Source of the DNA: a virus
Lineage: Duplodnaviria > Caudoviricetes
Direction: 5' to 3' (one strand)
DNA length: 64,000 bases
IMG/VR virus record: IMGVR_UViG_3300021256_000066
Coordinates: 65,507 to 129,506 of that record
Shown: positions 36,653-46,634 of the stretch, piece by piece
Layout of the letters: each line of letters starts with the position of its first letter
Numbering within the stretch: the first letter of the stretch is position 1
The notes under the pieces: generated by a model
What the model saw: only the letters and a program-made list of their open reading frames with translations
The model's database searches: none
Told to the model about the DNA's origin: nothing
Made by a program: the position numbers and the translations under genes

Positions 36653-36874
36653 ATGAATGGTGTAACGTATCACAATCTGACAATCCATCAGCGCATTAAC
36701 GTCAAGAGCTGGATTAGACACGATATCCCTGTAGTCTGCGTCTATCATAGCGCATTGCTTTACGAAACGGAACTCCCCCGCCAGCTTGCCGACAATATTA
36801 ACACGCAGTGTGACAGGGAGTCGCTACTATTTCGCAGGAACTGGGAGTGCATGCGTTTCCCAAGAGTCTATTAA
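36653..36874 (+). CDS. Hypothetical protein
   Basis: 73-aa ORF. Confidence 0.5.
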   Translation: MNGVTYHNLTIHQRINVKSWIRHDIPVVCVYHSALLYETELPRQLADNINTQCDRESLLFRRNWECMRFPRVY

Positions 36875-36906
36875 TTTTTGAAGATACCGAGAAAAGATTA
36901 ACGATT

Positions 36907-37206
36907 ATGAGTACACAACCGACAAAACAAGAATTGATTGACAAGATTTACAAGGCAATCGTAAAGATGAAGGAGGAAGCTAACAAGGGTGTTATCAAAG
37001 AGCACGTGATTAGCTCCGTAGTTAATTGGAAAACTGGTGAGGAAACGGGTCAAGCTGCTGTACTGACCTGCGGAACCAAGTTTGAATACACAGAGGATGT
37101 TCTGAAGCGTTGGAAGGAACAACTCGGTGCCGACGAGTATCGAATCAAGGTGAATCGTAGCCAGCTGTTTATAACATTTATTGTTCATTACAAGCAGGAG
37201 GACTGA
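36907..37206 (+). CDS. Hypothetical protein (starts MSTQPTK)
   Basis: 99-aa ORF. Confidence 0.6.
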   Translation: MSTQPTKQELIDKIYKAIVKMKEEANKGVIKEHVISSVVNWKTGEETGQAAVLTCGTKFEYTEDVLKRWKEQLGADEYRIKVNRSQLFITFIVHYKQED

Positions 37207-37209
37207 CGC

Positions 37210-37404
37210 ATGGCAAACATTGAATGGACTGACGCTTTCGAGCAGCGGCTGAGAGAAAAGCTCGAAGAGGAGTATAAGCAGGCCGACCGCATGGTGGTGT
37301 GGGCTTCTCATGCCGACAAGCCCTTCAAGAAGGGTGGTATCATTAACGCTAAAGTCTCTGCCGACAGTATGATTAAATGGATCAAAAAGGAATTAGGCGC
37401 ATGA
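37210..37404 (+). CDS. Hypothetical protein
   Basis: 64-aa ORF. Confidence 0.6.
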   Translation: MANIEWTDAFEQRLREKLEEEYKQADRMVVWASHADKPFKKGGIINAKVSADSMIKWIKKELGA

Positions 37405-37607
37405 ACGACTATATCAAGTCCACTGACGAACTGCCGAAAGAGGCGACACCTGTATGGGTACGCATCTGTGGCTGCCGTCCTCGCAAGATGTACCGGCTTG
37501 GGGAGAAGTTCTTCTACTACAACGAAGAACTCTTCCGCAACGGAAACTTTTCAAGCATTAGCGACAATGTGCTGTGGCGATACTGCGAGAAACAGACAAA
37601 TAAATAA
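37401..37607 (+). CDS. Hypothetical protein
   Basis: ATGA-coupled ORF. Confidence 0.55.
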   Translation: MNDYIKSTDELPKEATPVWVRICGCRPRKMYRLGEKFFYYNEELFRNGNFSSISDNVLWRYCEKQTNK

Positions 37608-37621
37608 TTAAAACGAATACG

Positions 37622-38257
37622 ATGATGAAAGAAACAAAAGAAATGATGATCAAGTTGCCGATGATTACGGCACAGACAGCCCACGAGCTGAACAAGGCAA
37701 GAATCTACCCGCAGTCAGGGCGCTATATCGTACAGCTGGCTAACGGAGATATCGTAATTGCAGACGTAGAGCTACGTCCCATCGAACAGGGAGAGGCACG
37801 ATCATACGACGAAGAAGTGCAGTCGTATTGCACCTGCTTTGTCGGTCAGCCCGTAGTGCTCGACCCCGACGAGTGGACATTGGCTATCGACCTGGAGAAT
37901 GCGAAGCTGGCATACGAGGCCGACCGCAAACGAATGGAGGAACAGATGCGGGAAGCCAACGAACGCCACGAGGCTGAAATGGAGGAGCAGAAAGCAAAGT
38001 GCGAGGATGTCTGCCATGAGACAGAGGAAAACTGCGATAAGCTGATTAAAGAGAAGGAGGCGGACCTATCGGCCCACGCCGAGGAAAACGACCGCACACT
38101 GGCCATGCGCCGTATGGAACTGGAACAAGAGTACGAGAAGAAGAAAATGCAACTCGAACTCGACACCCCCAAGCGCTTTGCACAGGGCGAGTGGGTCAGC
38201 GGCAAGACTCTGACGGAAATCATCAGGACGCTGGTGGCCGGAAAGAAGGAGGACTGA
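37622..38257 (+). CDS. Coiled-coil hypothetical protein
   Basis: 211-aa ORF. Confidence 0.65.
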   Translation: MMKETKEMMIKLPMITAQTAHELNKARIYPQSGRYIVQLANGDIVIADVELRPIEQGEARSYDEEVQSYCTCFVGQPVVLDPDEWTLAIDLENAKLAYEADRKRMEEQMREANERHEAEMEEQKAKCEDVCHETEENCDKLIKEKEADLSAHAEENDRTLAMRRMELEQEYEKKKMQLELDTPKRFAQGEWVSGKTLTEIIRTLVAGKKED

Positions 38258-38261
38258 TGCA

Positions 38262-38738
38262 ATGGAAGAGGAAAGAATAGCCATCAACGGGATGAAGTTC
38301 AAAGCCGAAAGGCTGATTCCGAACTATGCGGGGCAATACACCTGCATGTGCGAAGAGTGCATCTTCGACAAGGACTGGGTGGACTTTGGCGATGAAAGTC
38401 CGTGCCGAAAGGTGGCTTGCATCCGTAACAAATGGCACGACGGGAATCGCAATGTATGGGCGGTTGATGGCAGCTTGGACGATTTGAAGAGGAAGCCCGT
38501 GACGTGGTGGGTGGAGTACACCTACAAATACCGCTGGTGGGATTACGACGAACGCTTGTGGCAGGAGGAGGAAGAAAGCAATGCGCAGCGTTTCTTCTGC
38601 CGCGAGGAGGAAATCAATGATAAGGTTAGGACGGATATTTGTGACGAAATAGGCGAGGAAGATGCGGAAGATAGCGATGTCAGACTGATTTCCTTCGATG
38701 TTTACGACCACTATATTACAACGGACTATGAGGTATAA
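38262..38738 (+). CDS. Hypothetical protein
   Basis: 158-aa ORF. Confidence 0.65.
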   Translation: MEEERIAINGMKFKAERLIPNYAGQYTCMCEECIFDKDWVDFGDESPCRKVACIRNKWHDGNRNVWAVDGSLDDLKRKPVTWWVEYTYKYRWWDYDERLWQEEEESNAQRFFCREEEINDKVRTDICDEIGEEDAEDSDVRLISFDVYDHYITTDYEV

Positions 38739-38753
38739 AAACAATAATGAAGT

Positions 38754-39362
38754 ATGAGTACACAACCGACAAAAGAAGAAATGATGCAGAGCATTCTCCT
38801 GCGAGAATACGACAGACAACATCGTCCGATGGTCAGACAGAAACCAACTCTCCACGAGCTGCTGCGGAAGTTTGCGATGCTGAAAGGACTGCCGGTAGAG
38901 AAGAAGCCGAAAGGGCTGGCGTGCAGGATGACAGACAGGACGATCCTGACGCTGTTCTACAGGCCAGTCGTGCACGGACGCTTTACCTTCTACGGCATGA
39001 GCACTGATTTATCCACAAAGTATGCCCGCGATAGATACTATGGCAAAGGTATGGTGGACGATCTGCGCAATAAGCTGGAAGAGAATATCGAAATATTAGA
39101 ATTAAGAAAAAGAATTATGGACCCAGAGAAATTAGATACAGCGGAGCGCATGGCCAAGAAGCGCCGCAAGCTGCAGGAGGTGTACGACCTGCTGAGTAGT
39201 TATCCGACGAAGGCCGAGATCAAGGTCACGGTAAAACTACCATACGCAGAAGGTGACAAAGTGAAGGAGGCCGTCATCAGCGAGGACACCTTCAACGCTA
39301 TCGTCTGCAAGCTCGCCGAGGACGAGATTAACCGCATCAACGAGTTTGTAAAATCATTATGA
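38754..39362 (+). CDS. Hypothetical protein (starts MSTQPTK; possibly two fused genes)
   Basis: 202-aa ORF with an internal A-rich leader near 39117. Confidence 0.55.
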   Translation: MSTQPTKEEMMQSILLREYDRQHRPMVRQKPTLHELLRKFAMLKGLPVEKKPKGLACRMTDRTILTLFYRPVVHGRFTFYGMSTDLSTKYARDRYYGKGMVDDLRNKLEENIEILELRKRIMDPEKLDTAERMAKKRRKLQEVYDLLSSYPTKAEIKVTVKLPYAEGDKVKEAVISEDTFNAIVCKLAEDEINRINEFVKSL

Positions 39363-39683
39363 GGGAGACTGACGTATGAACGAACAGATAGATATACAAG
39401 TCCCAAATCAAAACCGGCAGGGACTTATATTTGCATCAAACAATAAAACCATTTCGAGGCGATATGACAATCAAGGAAATATTAGAGATGCCAATCGTGC
39501 AGGATCACGAACGGCTGAAAAAAGAGTTCTGTAGGATGTGGCAGCAGCAGGAGAAACTGCTGAAAACACACGTTCTGCTCATTGAGAGCTGTCTGAATGT
39601 AACGAACGCATCAAGCAACTGGAGCAGGAGTTGGAAAAGCGTGAATTAGAATAATAAACCCTGTATTGAACCCCTAATAGTGC

Positions 39684-39806
39684 AAATGACGATGCTTGAG
39701 ACGATGCTTCAGGTGATGCACGGCACGGTGCAGAGGCGATGCTTCACACGATGCAGACGCGATGCAAAACACGATGCAAAAAGCACTCACTTTTGCATCG
39801 TCATTT
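39684..39806. repeat. Eight GATGC-core repeats at 11-12 bp period plus an inverted terminal copy; candidate lytic origin or initiator-binding array
   Basis: Cores at 39691, 39703, 39715, 39727 (GGTGC), 39738, 39750, 39761, 39773; TTTTGCATCGTCATTT at 39791-39806. Confidence 0.6.
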
Positions 39807-39845
39807 ACACTCCTTACACCCCCTCAGAGGGGTCACGATAACCGT

Positions 39846-40982
39846 ATGGCGAAGAATAAGAAATACGTCTATCTGCAGCTCTACCCGAAGGACTTGTTGG
39901 CCGACGAGAAGCTGGCGAAATGCGACAAGGCGAGTGCCTGGGGCGCCTACCTTGCACTGCTCAACATCATGTCGATGGAAGAGATAAGAGGGTGTGTCCG
40001 TCTGCGCGACTGGGACTCGCATCCCAACAACGAACGCAAGTCGCTGGTGGCTAATTTCCGTAAGGCTAACTCGTTGAGAACCAAGGCGGCAGCGTTTGCC
40101 CGTGTAGTGTCACAATGTACGCCGCTGAAGGTCGGACCGATGGCAGAAGGCATCGAGCAACTGCTCATTTTCGGTGTGATAGTCATGCACGACGATGCAC
40201 TCATCCAGCCTCGTATGTTCCGTGACAGTCACAGCGTTTTGGAGGGCTATGAGCCCGAACCTGAACCCGCCGAAGAAAAGGCGGAAGATGGGGTTGATAA
40301 GGGTGCGTCAGCACCCCCTAAAAAAGAAAAGAATAAAGAGGGCGTCGCACGCACACGCACACTTCGCGCAAACACGCATACGCGCTTTGAGAGTGAGAGT
40401 GAGTATAATAAGGGTAATAGTATAGGTAATAAGGGGGTGCAGGGGGGTGTTGCGCCAGTTAAATCTAAAACGCAGGAAAAATCCCCGAATGACGAAAACG
40501 GGACTTCTGGGGGTGAAGAAAATTCGGGGACGGGTAATTTATCGTTTGACGCACAAAAACGCGCTGACAGCCCCAAAAATGGCTCTGACGGGCAGAAAAT
40601 ACCCGTTGCTGACCAGCCGCCGACGCTGCGGGAGATACAGGACTACATGCAACAGCGTGGCGAGGGTGGCGACCCCTTCCGGCATATCACCGCCGAACAG
40701 TTCTATGACGAGGGTTGTATGAGCGGGTGGACCATCCGAGGGGGGCAGCCCCTCTACTCATGGCAAGCAAGGCTGCGATCCTTGGAGGGGTATCGCCGCA
40801 AGAACGGTGAGCCGACAGTGACAGAGGAGGGGTATGTGGCCTACCGTGACGGCAGACTGTTGGGTACACTGGCAGTCCGTCAGCAGCCGCAGGGTAGGGG
40901 ACAGCCCGTCACCTCCCCCAAGCCTGGCGATCCCGTCAGTGCCACCCCCACGGCGAAAGGCAAATACAAGAATAAATGGTAA
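39846..40982 (+). CDS. Phage replication initiator (YdaU/DUF1376-like N-terminus)
   Basis: YLQLYPKDLLAD...AWGAYLALL; low-complexity linker; PPTLREIQDY...FYD...GW; directly upstream of a DnaC-like gene. Confidence 0.7.
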   Translation: MAKNKKYVYLQLYPKDLLADEKLAKCDKASAWGAYLALLNIMSMEEIRGCVRLRDWDSHPNNERKSLVANFRKANSLRTKAAAFARVVSQCTPLKVGPMAEGIEQLLIFGVIVMHDDALIQPRMFRDSHSVLEGYEPEPEPAEEKAEDGVDKGASAPPKKEKNKEGVARTRTLRANTHTRFESESEYNKGNSIGNKGVQGGVAPVKSKTQEKSPNDENGTSGGEENSGTGNLSFDAQKRADSPKNGSDGQKIPVADQPPTLREIQDYMQQRGEGGDPFRHITAEQFYDEGCMSGWTIRGGQPLYSWQARLRSLEGYRRKNGEPTVTEEGYVAYRDGRLLGTLAVRQQPQGRGQPVTSPKPGDPVSATPTAKGKYKNKW

Positions 40983-41013
40983 TACGCATATACGCATATA
41001 AAGAAAAAGGATT

Positions 41014-41823
41014 ATGGACTTATCCCCAGAGCAGGAACAGCTGTTGCGCGAGGCGGCGGCGGACAATGAGCGCAAGCGGGCTGAGATAGAGGCCGCCAAG
41101 GCGAAGCGCGACCGCACGGCACGGATGGCCGACGTGATCCGTCAGTACCGCCGCAGTGGTGGCTTCAAGGGCGACGCGAAGGTGCGATGGCGGCTCTGCG
41201 ACGACCCCGCGACGGCGGTGGAGAAGGCTGCCGACCTGCTGATGCGCGGACTGGCCTATACCATCGGTCCTACGGCGCAGTGGTTGCCGGAGTACGATGC
41301 GGTGGCCGACTGGCTCAGCGACAACCAGGGCAAGGGACTGATGTGTATCGGCGACTGCGGACGTGGCAAGACCGTCATCACCCGCGATATCCTCTCGGTG
41401 CTGTTCGCCAAGACCATCCGCGTGCGCTTCCAGGACGGTACGACGGGGCACCCCGTCTATAACTACTTCCTCGCCAAGGAGCTGAAGAGCCGCTGGGCGG
41501 AGGTGGAGCGCTGCAAGATTATCTGCGTCGATGACGTAGGCACCGAGGCCATCGCGAAGGTCTATGGCGAGACCCATAACTACTTCTCGGAGCTCGTCGA
41601 TCTCTGCAACGACCGCGACAAACTGCTGATATGCTCCACCAACCTCTCGCAAGAGCAGCTCTTCGGCGGCGTGGTCGATGAGCCAGACGACCCAGCCCGA
41701 CCCGACGGACCGACGCACCGCGTGGTCTATCCCCAGCGATACGACCAGCGCATCCTCTCGCGGCTGACGGGAAACACCGTGCGCGTGTGGTTCGAGGGCG
41801 AAGATTTGAGAATGAAACGATAA
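41014..41823 (+). CDS. DnaC/IstB-like helicase-loader ATPase
   Basis: GLMCIGDCGRGKT, ICVDDVGTE, STNLS, RYDQRILSRL. Confidence 0.82.
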   Translation: MDLSPEQEQLLREAAADNERKRAEIEAAKAKRDRTARMADVIRQYRRSGGFKGDAKVRWRLCDDPATAVEKAADLLMRGLAYTIGPTAQWLPEYDAVADWLSDNQGKGLMCIGDCGRGKTVITRDILSVLFAKTIRVRFQDGTTGHPVYNYFLAKELKSRWAEVERCKIICVDDVGTEAIAKVYGETHNYFSELVDLCNDRDKLLICSTNLSQEQLFGGVVDEPDDPARPDGPTHRVVYPQRYDQRILSRLTGNTVRVWFEGEDLRMKR

Positions 41824-41856
41824 TTCACATCAATAACATTTTAACATTCAACGATT

Positions 41857-42051
41857 ATGGACTACAAAATTTCAAAGGAACTGAGGAACCAGATTCTGCG
41901 ATGCTGGCAGAACGGCTGGCAGGTGTCAAATATCATGGCGATTTGCCGCTGCAACAAGCAGGCCGTGCGAGATGCGTTGCGCTCGAAGGGCATCACCCTG
42001 AAGGACGGTGACGATGGGCTGCGACAGAGTATCAACGACCTGGAGGACTGA
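41857..42051 (+). CDS. Small HTH protein
   Basis: WQVSNIMAICRCNKQAVRDAL. Confidence 0.55.
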   Translation: MDYKISKELRNQILRCWQNGWQVSNIMAICRCNKQAVRDALRSKGITLKDGDDGLRQSINDLED

Positions 42052-42057
42052 CGCGCT

Positions 42058-42285
42058 ATGGTACACTACGGTAAGAATCCCGAGGGCGAGCTGCTGATAA
42101 GGGTGTCGCCCGACGATGTTGGTGAGGTTTATGAGACATTGCAGTCTGCCGGGCTGCTGCAGCGTCGCACGTTCGACGGGCTGAAGCGCTACGTGGCGGA
42201 GCAGTTCGCCGACGAGATGGAGGCATATCGACGCCGCATGACGGCACAGATACCGCTGGTCGGCAAGGAGGTGCATCATGGGTAA
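42058..42285 (+). CDS. Hypothetical protein
   Basis: 75-aa ORF. Confidence 0.55.
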   Translation: MVHYGKNPEGELLIRVSPDDVGEVYETLQSAGLLQRRTFDGLKRYVAEQFADEMEAYRRRMTAQIPLVGKEVHHG

Positions 42286-42546
42286 GGCGAGTAACTTGTG
42301 CCGTGGCGAGCACTGTCCCAACCGCGCACAGTGCGTCCACTACCTGTGGTATATCACCTGCTTCGAGGCAGAACCATCGATAGCCCACTGCACCGACGGC
42401 AAGCTGTTTGAGCGTGACCCGGATAATGTGCATCCGCAACATCGCCGTTAAGCGAGGGCAGAACCAAACTCGTTTGAGATTTGCCGAGCGTAGGCGATGT
42501 CAACGAAGTTAGCATCAACATTAAGCGAATAAGAATTAAACGAATT

Positions 42547-42852
42547 ATGAGCAAGACACAAGACCAAGTGATTGACGACCTCAATCAGGAGAAGGAGAAG
42601 ATGTCCAATCAGGAGGCCATCGACCGCTGGGCAGAGTACATCATCCCAGCCGTGTTCAAGGCCGAGGACGCGCTGAGGAAGGCGAAGCCCGAATGGGATG
42701 CACGACTGCGTGCGCTGGGACAGCCCGGCGGCGAAGACCCGCACAAGGTGGCAGAGGAATACTGCCGTGAGATAGCAACCATCATCGTCCGCCTCGGCAG
42801 CGACTATGATCCTAACGACTACTCCGACCACCAGCCGGAGGATGACCTTTAA
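42547..42852 (+). CDS. Hypothetical protein
   Basis: ORF after an AT-rich leader. Confidence 0.6.
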   Translation: MSKTQDQVIDDLNQEKEKMSNQEAIDRWAEYIIPAVFKAEDALRKAKPEWDARLRALGQPGGEDPHKVAEEYCREIATIIVRLGSDYDPNDYSDHQPEDDL

Positions 42853-42867
42853 AACGATAAGACGATT

Positions 42868-43479
42868 ATGATTACACTTATCTTGGACTGGCGCGAGGTG
42901 CTGTGGTGGATGCAGGGCGGTATGGCGGGGAGTCATCTGCGCTGGAGCGTGTATGAGGATATGGTGAATAAGGTTTGGTCGCAGTGCTCGGAGCAGGAGC
43001 GAAGGAACCTGTGGCTCATCATGCGGCGCGACCTGGGCAGCTGGTGGCGACCCAACGGGTGGAGCGGCTTCGACCTTGCCAATGCGCACGGCGATGGCGA
43101 GTGGAAACCGCTGAAAACTTACGTCATCGACCGCGAGGATCCCGACGGCAAACCCGTGGCGTACATCATGGACGAGACACCGTGGAGGTACTTCCGTCAG
43201 GTGCTGGCCCGCTTCGACCCAGAGAACCAGTATGCCGTGACGATGGCAGTGCATAATCAGAAGGAACTCGATGGTATTTTGAGAGACCGCCACATGGGGC
43301 ATCTGATTGACTGGCCGAAGTTGTCGCACGTGAGAGGCGTAGATTGGGAGAGCGCCACCGTCACTGTCCGCGCCTACAAGTGGCAGGATGAGTACCGCAT
43401 CGACTGGAGCCGCCGCTGCGACGAGCTGCGCATCACGAAGGCGGAGCGGCTGACTATCCCAGACGACGGCACGATGTGA
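42868..43479 (+). CDS. Hypothetical Trp-rich protein
   Basis: 203-aa ORF. Confidence 0.65.
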   Translation: MITLILDWREVLWWMQGGMAGSHLRWSVYEDMVNKVWSQCSEQERRNLWLIMRRDLGSWWRPNGWSGFDLANAHGDGEWKPLKTYVIDREDPDGKPVAYIMDETPWRYFRQVLARFDPENQYAVTMAVHNQKELDGILRDRHMGHLIDWPKLSHVRGVDWESATVTVRAYKWQDEYRIDWSRRCDELRITKAERLTIPDDGTM

Positions 43480-43576
43480 GCCGCCGCGCCGACAGCCGCG
43501 AAGTCACCATCGAGCCGAACAAGGGGTAAATATAAAGGAACAACCCAAATATTCACTTTTTAAACAAAACATCAAA

Positions 43577-44776
43577 ATGGAAAAAGCAATTAAGTTTTCA
43601 ATCGAGAACAAGCATTTCGTCAAGGCGCTGAAGACCGCGACGAAAGTGATTAACCGCAAGAACGCACTGCCGATACTGAGCAGCGTGAAACTGACGATGC
43701 AGGACGGGCGCCTGACGATGACCAGCGGCAACTCGGAGGCGTTCATCACCCAGCCGCTCGCCGACTTCGCCCTGCTCGACGGACCGAAGGAGTGGGCCGT
43801 GTGCTGCGACCCCGCCACGCTCATCAGCGCACTGGGCGAGATCGGCGACCACCGGCTCATCATCGATATCTCGTTGCTGAACGTCATGCTGGTGCAGTAC
43901 ACGCTCTCGGAGCAGACCGCCGGTAAGTTCTCGCTGCCCGTCGATGAAGCCGTGGAATATCCCACGCCGCAGGAGGTGAAGGCCGTGGGCGACGAGCAGC
44001 CGACGGAGTTCCGTCTGCCTGCAGACTGGCTGTTGCGCGAGGTACAGAACGCCCGTCAGTCGGTGGCCAGCGACGAGTTGCGTCCCGTGATGAACAGCGT
44101 ATGTCTCGATGCCGACCAGGGTGGACTATGCCTTGTGGCAAGCGACGGCCACACGCTCTACACGACCCGCTACGAGTGGGGTTTGGGTAATCCCGACGGG
44201 CCGTTCATCCGCAGCGGTCAACCCCGTCAGGTGCTCATGGACAAGCAGATGCTCTCTGCCCTGCAGGACTGTTTCGGCCAGACCGAGCAGGTGATTATCC
44301 GCAGCAACGGCCATCGCGTCGAGGTGACTGCCGACGGCGGTGCCTGTATCAGCTGTGCGTGCTGCGAGGCCCGCTATCCCAACTGGCGCAGCGTCATCCC
44401 GCAGAACATGCCCTATGCCGTGACTGTCGAGATGCGTGCCCTGCTGTCGGCCCTGCGCCGCGTCAATCCGTTCAGCAGCGACTCGTCGAACCTCGTCAAG
44501 CTCTCCTTCGAGGGCAACGTGCTCACCGTCACTGCCGAGGACATCGACTACAACCGCGCCGCCTCGGAGAACGTCACACTGCAGGACACCAACCTGCCCG
44601 CCCAGTTCGCCATCGGTCTGAAGAACTCGTCGCTGATGGCCATGCTCCAGGTGGCCGCCAAGACCGAGAACGTCATCATCTCGCTGGCCGACGCCGCCCA
44701 TGCCATCCTCATCCGTCCAGAGGACTGCAAGGACAGCACAACGGCGCTCTGTATGCCGATGCTTTTAAATCAATAA
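43577..44776 (+). CDS. dnaN: DNA polymerase III beta sliding clamp
   Basis: KNALPILSSV, DELRPVMNSV, VASDGHTL, YPNWRSVIP, LCMPM. Confidence 0.92.
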   Translation: MEKAIKFSIENKHFVKALKTATKVINRKNALPILSSVKLTMQDGRLTMTSGNSEAFITQPLADFALLDGPKEWAVCCDPATLISALGEIGDHRLIIDISLLNVMLVQYTLSEQTAGKFSLPVDEAVEYPTPQEVKAVGDEQPTEFRLPADWLLREVQNARQSVASDELRPVMNSVCLDADQGGLCLVASDGHTLYTTRYEWGLGNPDGPFIRSGQPRQVLMDKQMLSALQDCFGQTEQVIIRSNGHRVEVTADGGACISCACCEARYPNWRSVIPQNMPYAVTVEMRALLSALRRVNPFSSDSSNLVKLSFEGNVLTVTAEDIDYNRAASENVTLQDTNLPAQFAIGLKNSSLMAMLQVAAKTENVIISLADAAHAILIRPEDCKDSTTALCMPMLLNQ

Positions 44777-44816
44777 AGGACTATTTACTATAAAATGTGA
44801 AAAAGATGCGCGAAAG

Positions 44817-44848
44817 TTTGGTCAATATGGAAAATAGTCGTACCTTTG
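44817..44848 (+). promoter_or_regulatory. Canonical Bacteroidetes promoter TTTG-N20-TACCTTTG
   Basis: TTTG at 44817-44820; TACCTTTG at 44841-44848. Confidence 0.75.
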
Positions 44849-44853
44849 CCGAC

Positions 44854-45026
44854 GCTACAAAGACAGTGGTAAGCCACTCCGTAAGAGCGAACGGTAATCG
44901 CTCACGACATCAGGTAGTGAGCCTTTTTTATAGGCCAAGCGTTTCGCGTACCCTTGTGGTATGTCCCCAAACGGCTGCCGTCCAGAAAGATTCATGTGCT
45001 CTTCGGGGTACTGCTGTCTTTGTAGC
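44854..45026 (+). ncRNA. Candidate structured leader/attenuator RNA
   Basis: 18-bp closing stem 44854-44871 with 45009-45026; competing hairpins and a T6 terminator at 44885-44929. Confidence 0.45.
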
Positions 45027-45276
45027 AACTGGACGTGCAGCCGTTCCTTTGTTAAATCGGCTGGTAAAAAAGGCTACTATGCAGCAAGAAGATATTTGGA
45101 AAGACAAGACATATCACACGGGGTCTGTCACCCTGTGTGGCACGACCACGAATTATTTATCAATTAAACATTCCACGTGTCGGGCTGCGGTGTGGGAGTA
45201 CGTGGAGCCCAGGGATTCTTTTCAGCCCTGCCAGCGTCGCAGCCCATTTTTTTAAGTTAAGAGTTAAGAGTTAAGA

Positions 45277-45717
45277 ATGAAACGCGATAAGATTTACATT
45301 TCCGGTCCCGTGAGCAGCCGACCGCTGGGCGTGGCTATCAACCACTTCATGCTGGCGGAAGCCAAGTTGCAGGCGCAGGGCTACCGCACTTGTAATCCGT
45401 TGAATATGCGCCTTTGCGTATGGCTGGCTCAGCACGGTCACTACCGCCTCTGCCTGCTGCTGCAACTGTTGTGGATGTGGTGGACGTGCAGCTGTATCTA
45501 TCTGCTGACCGACTGGCACACAAGCGACGGTGCCAGACTGGAGCGATCCTTCGCCCGCTGCCTCGGTCTGACTGCCCTCTATGAGCAGACTAAGCGCAAG
45601 CCGTCGCCCGTCAGCATGACCGCCGAAGCCTTTGCCGAACTGGGCAAGGCCGTCGCTGCCTGCGGAGTGAATGATAAGACTATCAAACCGAAAAGTAAGA
45701 AACATAAAAAGAAATAA
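45277..45717 (+). CDS. DUF4406 family protein
   Basis: KIYISGP...F..AEAKL...GY...NP...IYLLTDWHTSDGARLE. Confidence 0.75.
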   Translation: MKRDKIYISGPVSSRPLGVAINHFMLAEAKLQAQGYRTCNPLNMRLCVWLAQHGHYRLCLLLQLLWMWWTCSCIYLLTDWHTSDGARLERSFARCLGLTALYEQTKRKPSPVSMTAEAFAELGKAVAACGVNDKTIKPKSKKHKKK

Positions 45718-45723
45718 GGCGAT

Positions 45724-45996
45724 ATGACACATCTGAAAATGACGGGCGATTTCTATGACGACGTGAAGAAGGTCAACGAGGCCATCGGTTATCTGAAAGG
45801 CATGATTGACTTTCTCGAAAAGGAGTGCATGGAACGCGACAAAGGGAAACCGGCAACAGAACTGTTCGTCCGCATCAACGACCTGAAGCGGGCGACGGAG
45901 AAGATGGTTGCCGAGAGTGAGCGGCTTGTGCGTGCTGCCGACATCGAGCACTACGGGCCGCTGAGCAAGTACGCAAGACCATATTTAGCATATTAG
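45724..45996 (+). CDS. Hypothetical protein
   Basis: 90-aa ORF. Confidence 0.6.
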   Translation: MTHLKMTGDFYDDVKKVNEAIGYLKGMIDFLEKECMERDKGKPATELFVRINDLKRATEKMVAESERLVRAADIEHYGPLSKYARPYLAY

Positions 45997-46001
45997 GAAC
46001 G

Positions 46002-46604
46002 ATGAAGACATCAAACTATTTAGACCCCGAGCGGCTGACGAAATTGCAGCAGCGTATATGGGAGATTGCCACTGCGCACGGATGGCACGAGCAGCCGATA
46101 CCGACGGCGCAGTATTGCGGACTGGTAATGACCGAAATGGCAGAGGCGATAGAAGCCGACCGCAACGGCAAGCGTGCCAACACCGAGGCGATGGCAGAAC
46201 TGATGCGGGTGCAGTCCGAGGGCGAGGAAGGACTGTCGGACCACTGGTACGACATGTGGTACGGCGAGTATTACAAGATGTACGTCAAAGGCAGTATCGA
46301 GGAGGAGTTTGCCGACGTGGTGATCCGCGTGCTCGATATGGCGCAGGAGGTACACGGCGACAAGATGCGCTGGCTGGGCTACTATCCTTGGGGGCAAGTG
46401 TACCACGAGGACAAGAGTTTCATCGAGAATGCCTGGTACTTCATTCGCGAGGTGCTGAACTGGGGCACGATGAACATCAGCGACTCTGTGTCGTTCATGT
46501 TTGACTGGGCGCAAGACCTCGGCATCGACCTCTGGCAGCACATCGAGTGGAAGATGAAGTACAACGAACTCCGTCCGTATAAGCACGGCGGAAAGAAATA
46601 TTGA
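46002..46604 (+). CDS. MazG-like NTP pyrophosphohydrolase
   Basis: AHGWHE, TEMAEAIEADR, EEEFADVVIRVLD, KMKYNELRPYKHG. Confidence 0.8.
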   Translation: MKTSNYLDPERLTKLQQRIWEIATAHGWHEQPIPTAQYCGLVMTEMAEAIEADRNGKRANTEAMAELMRVQSEGEEGLSDHWYDMWYGEYYKMYVKGSIEEEFADVVIRVLDMAQEVHGDKMRWLGYYPWGQVYHEDKSFIENAWYFIREVLNWGTMNISDSVSFMFDWAQDLGIDLWQHIEWKMKYNELRPYKHGGKKY

Positions 46605-46634
46605 ACAATAGTAACCAACAAAATTGAAACATTT

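Noticed and set aside
39762-39845. Extended start of the initiator gene
   Set aside because: It lies in the GATGC repeat array; the family-like sequence begins at ATG 39846.
44797-45255. 152-aa ORF
   Set aside because: It spans the promoter and structured leader and has no protein-like features; a short ORF from ~45079 cannot be excluded.
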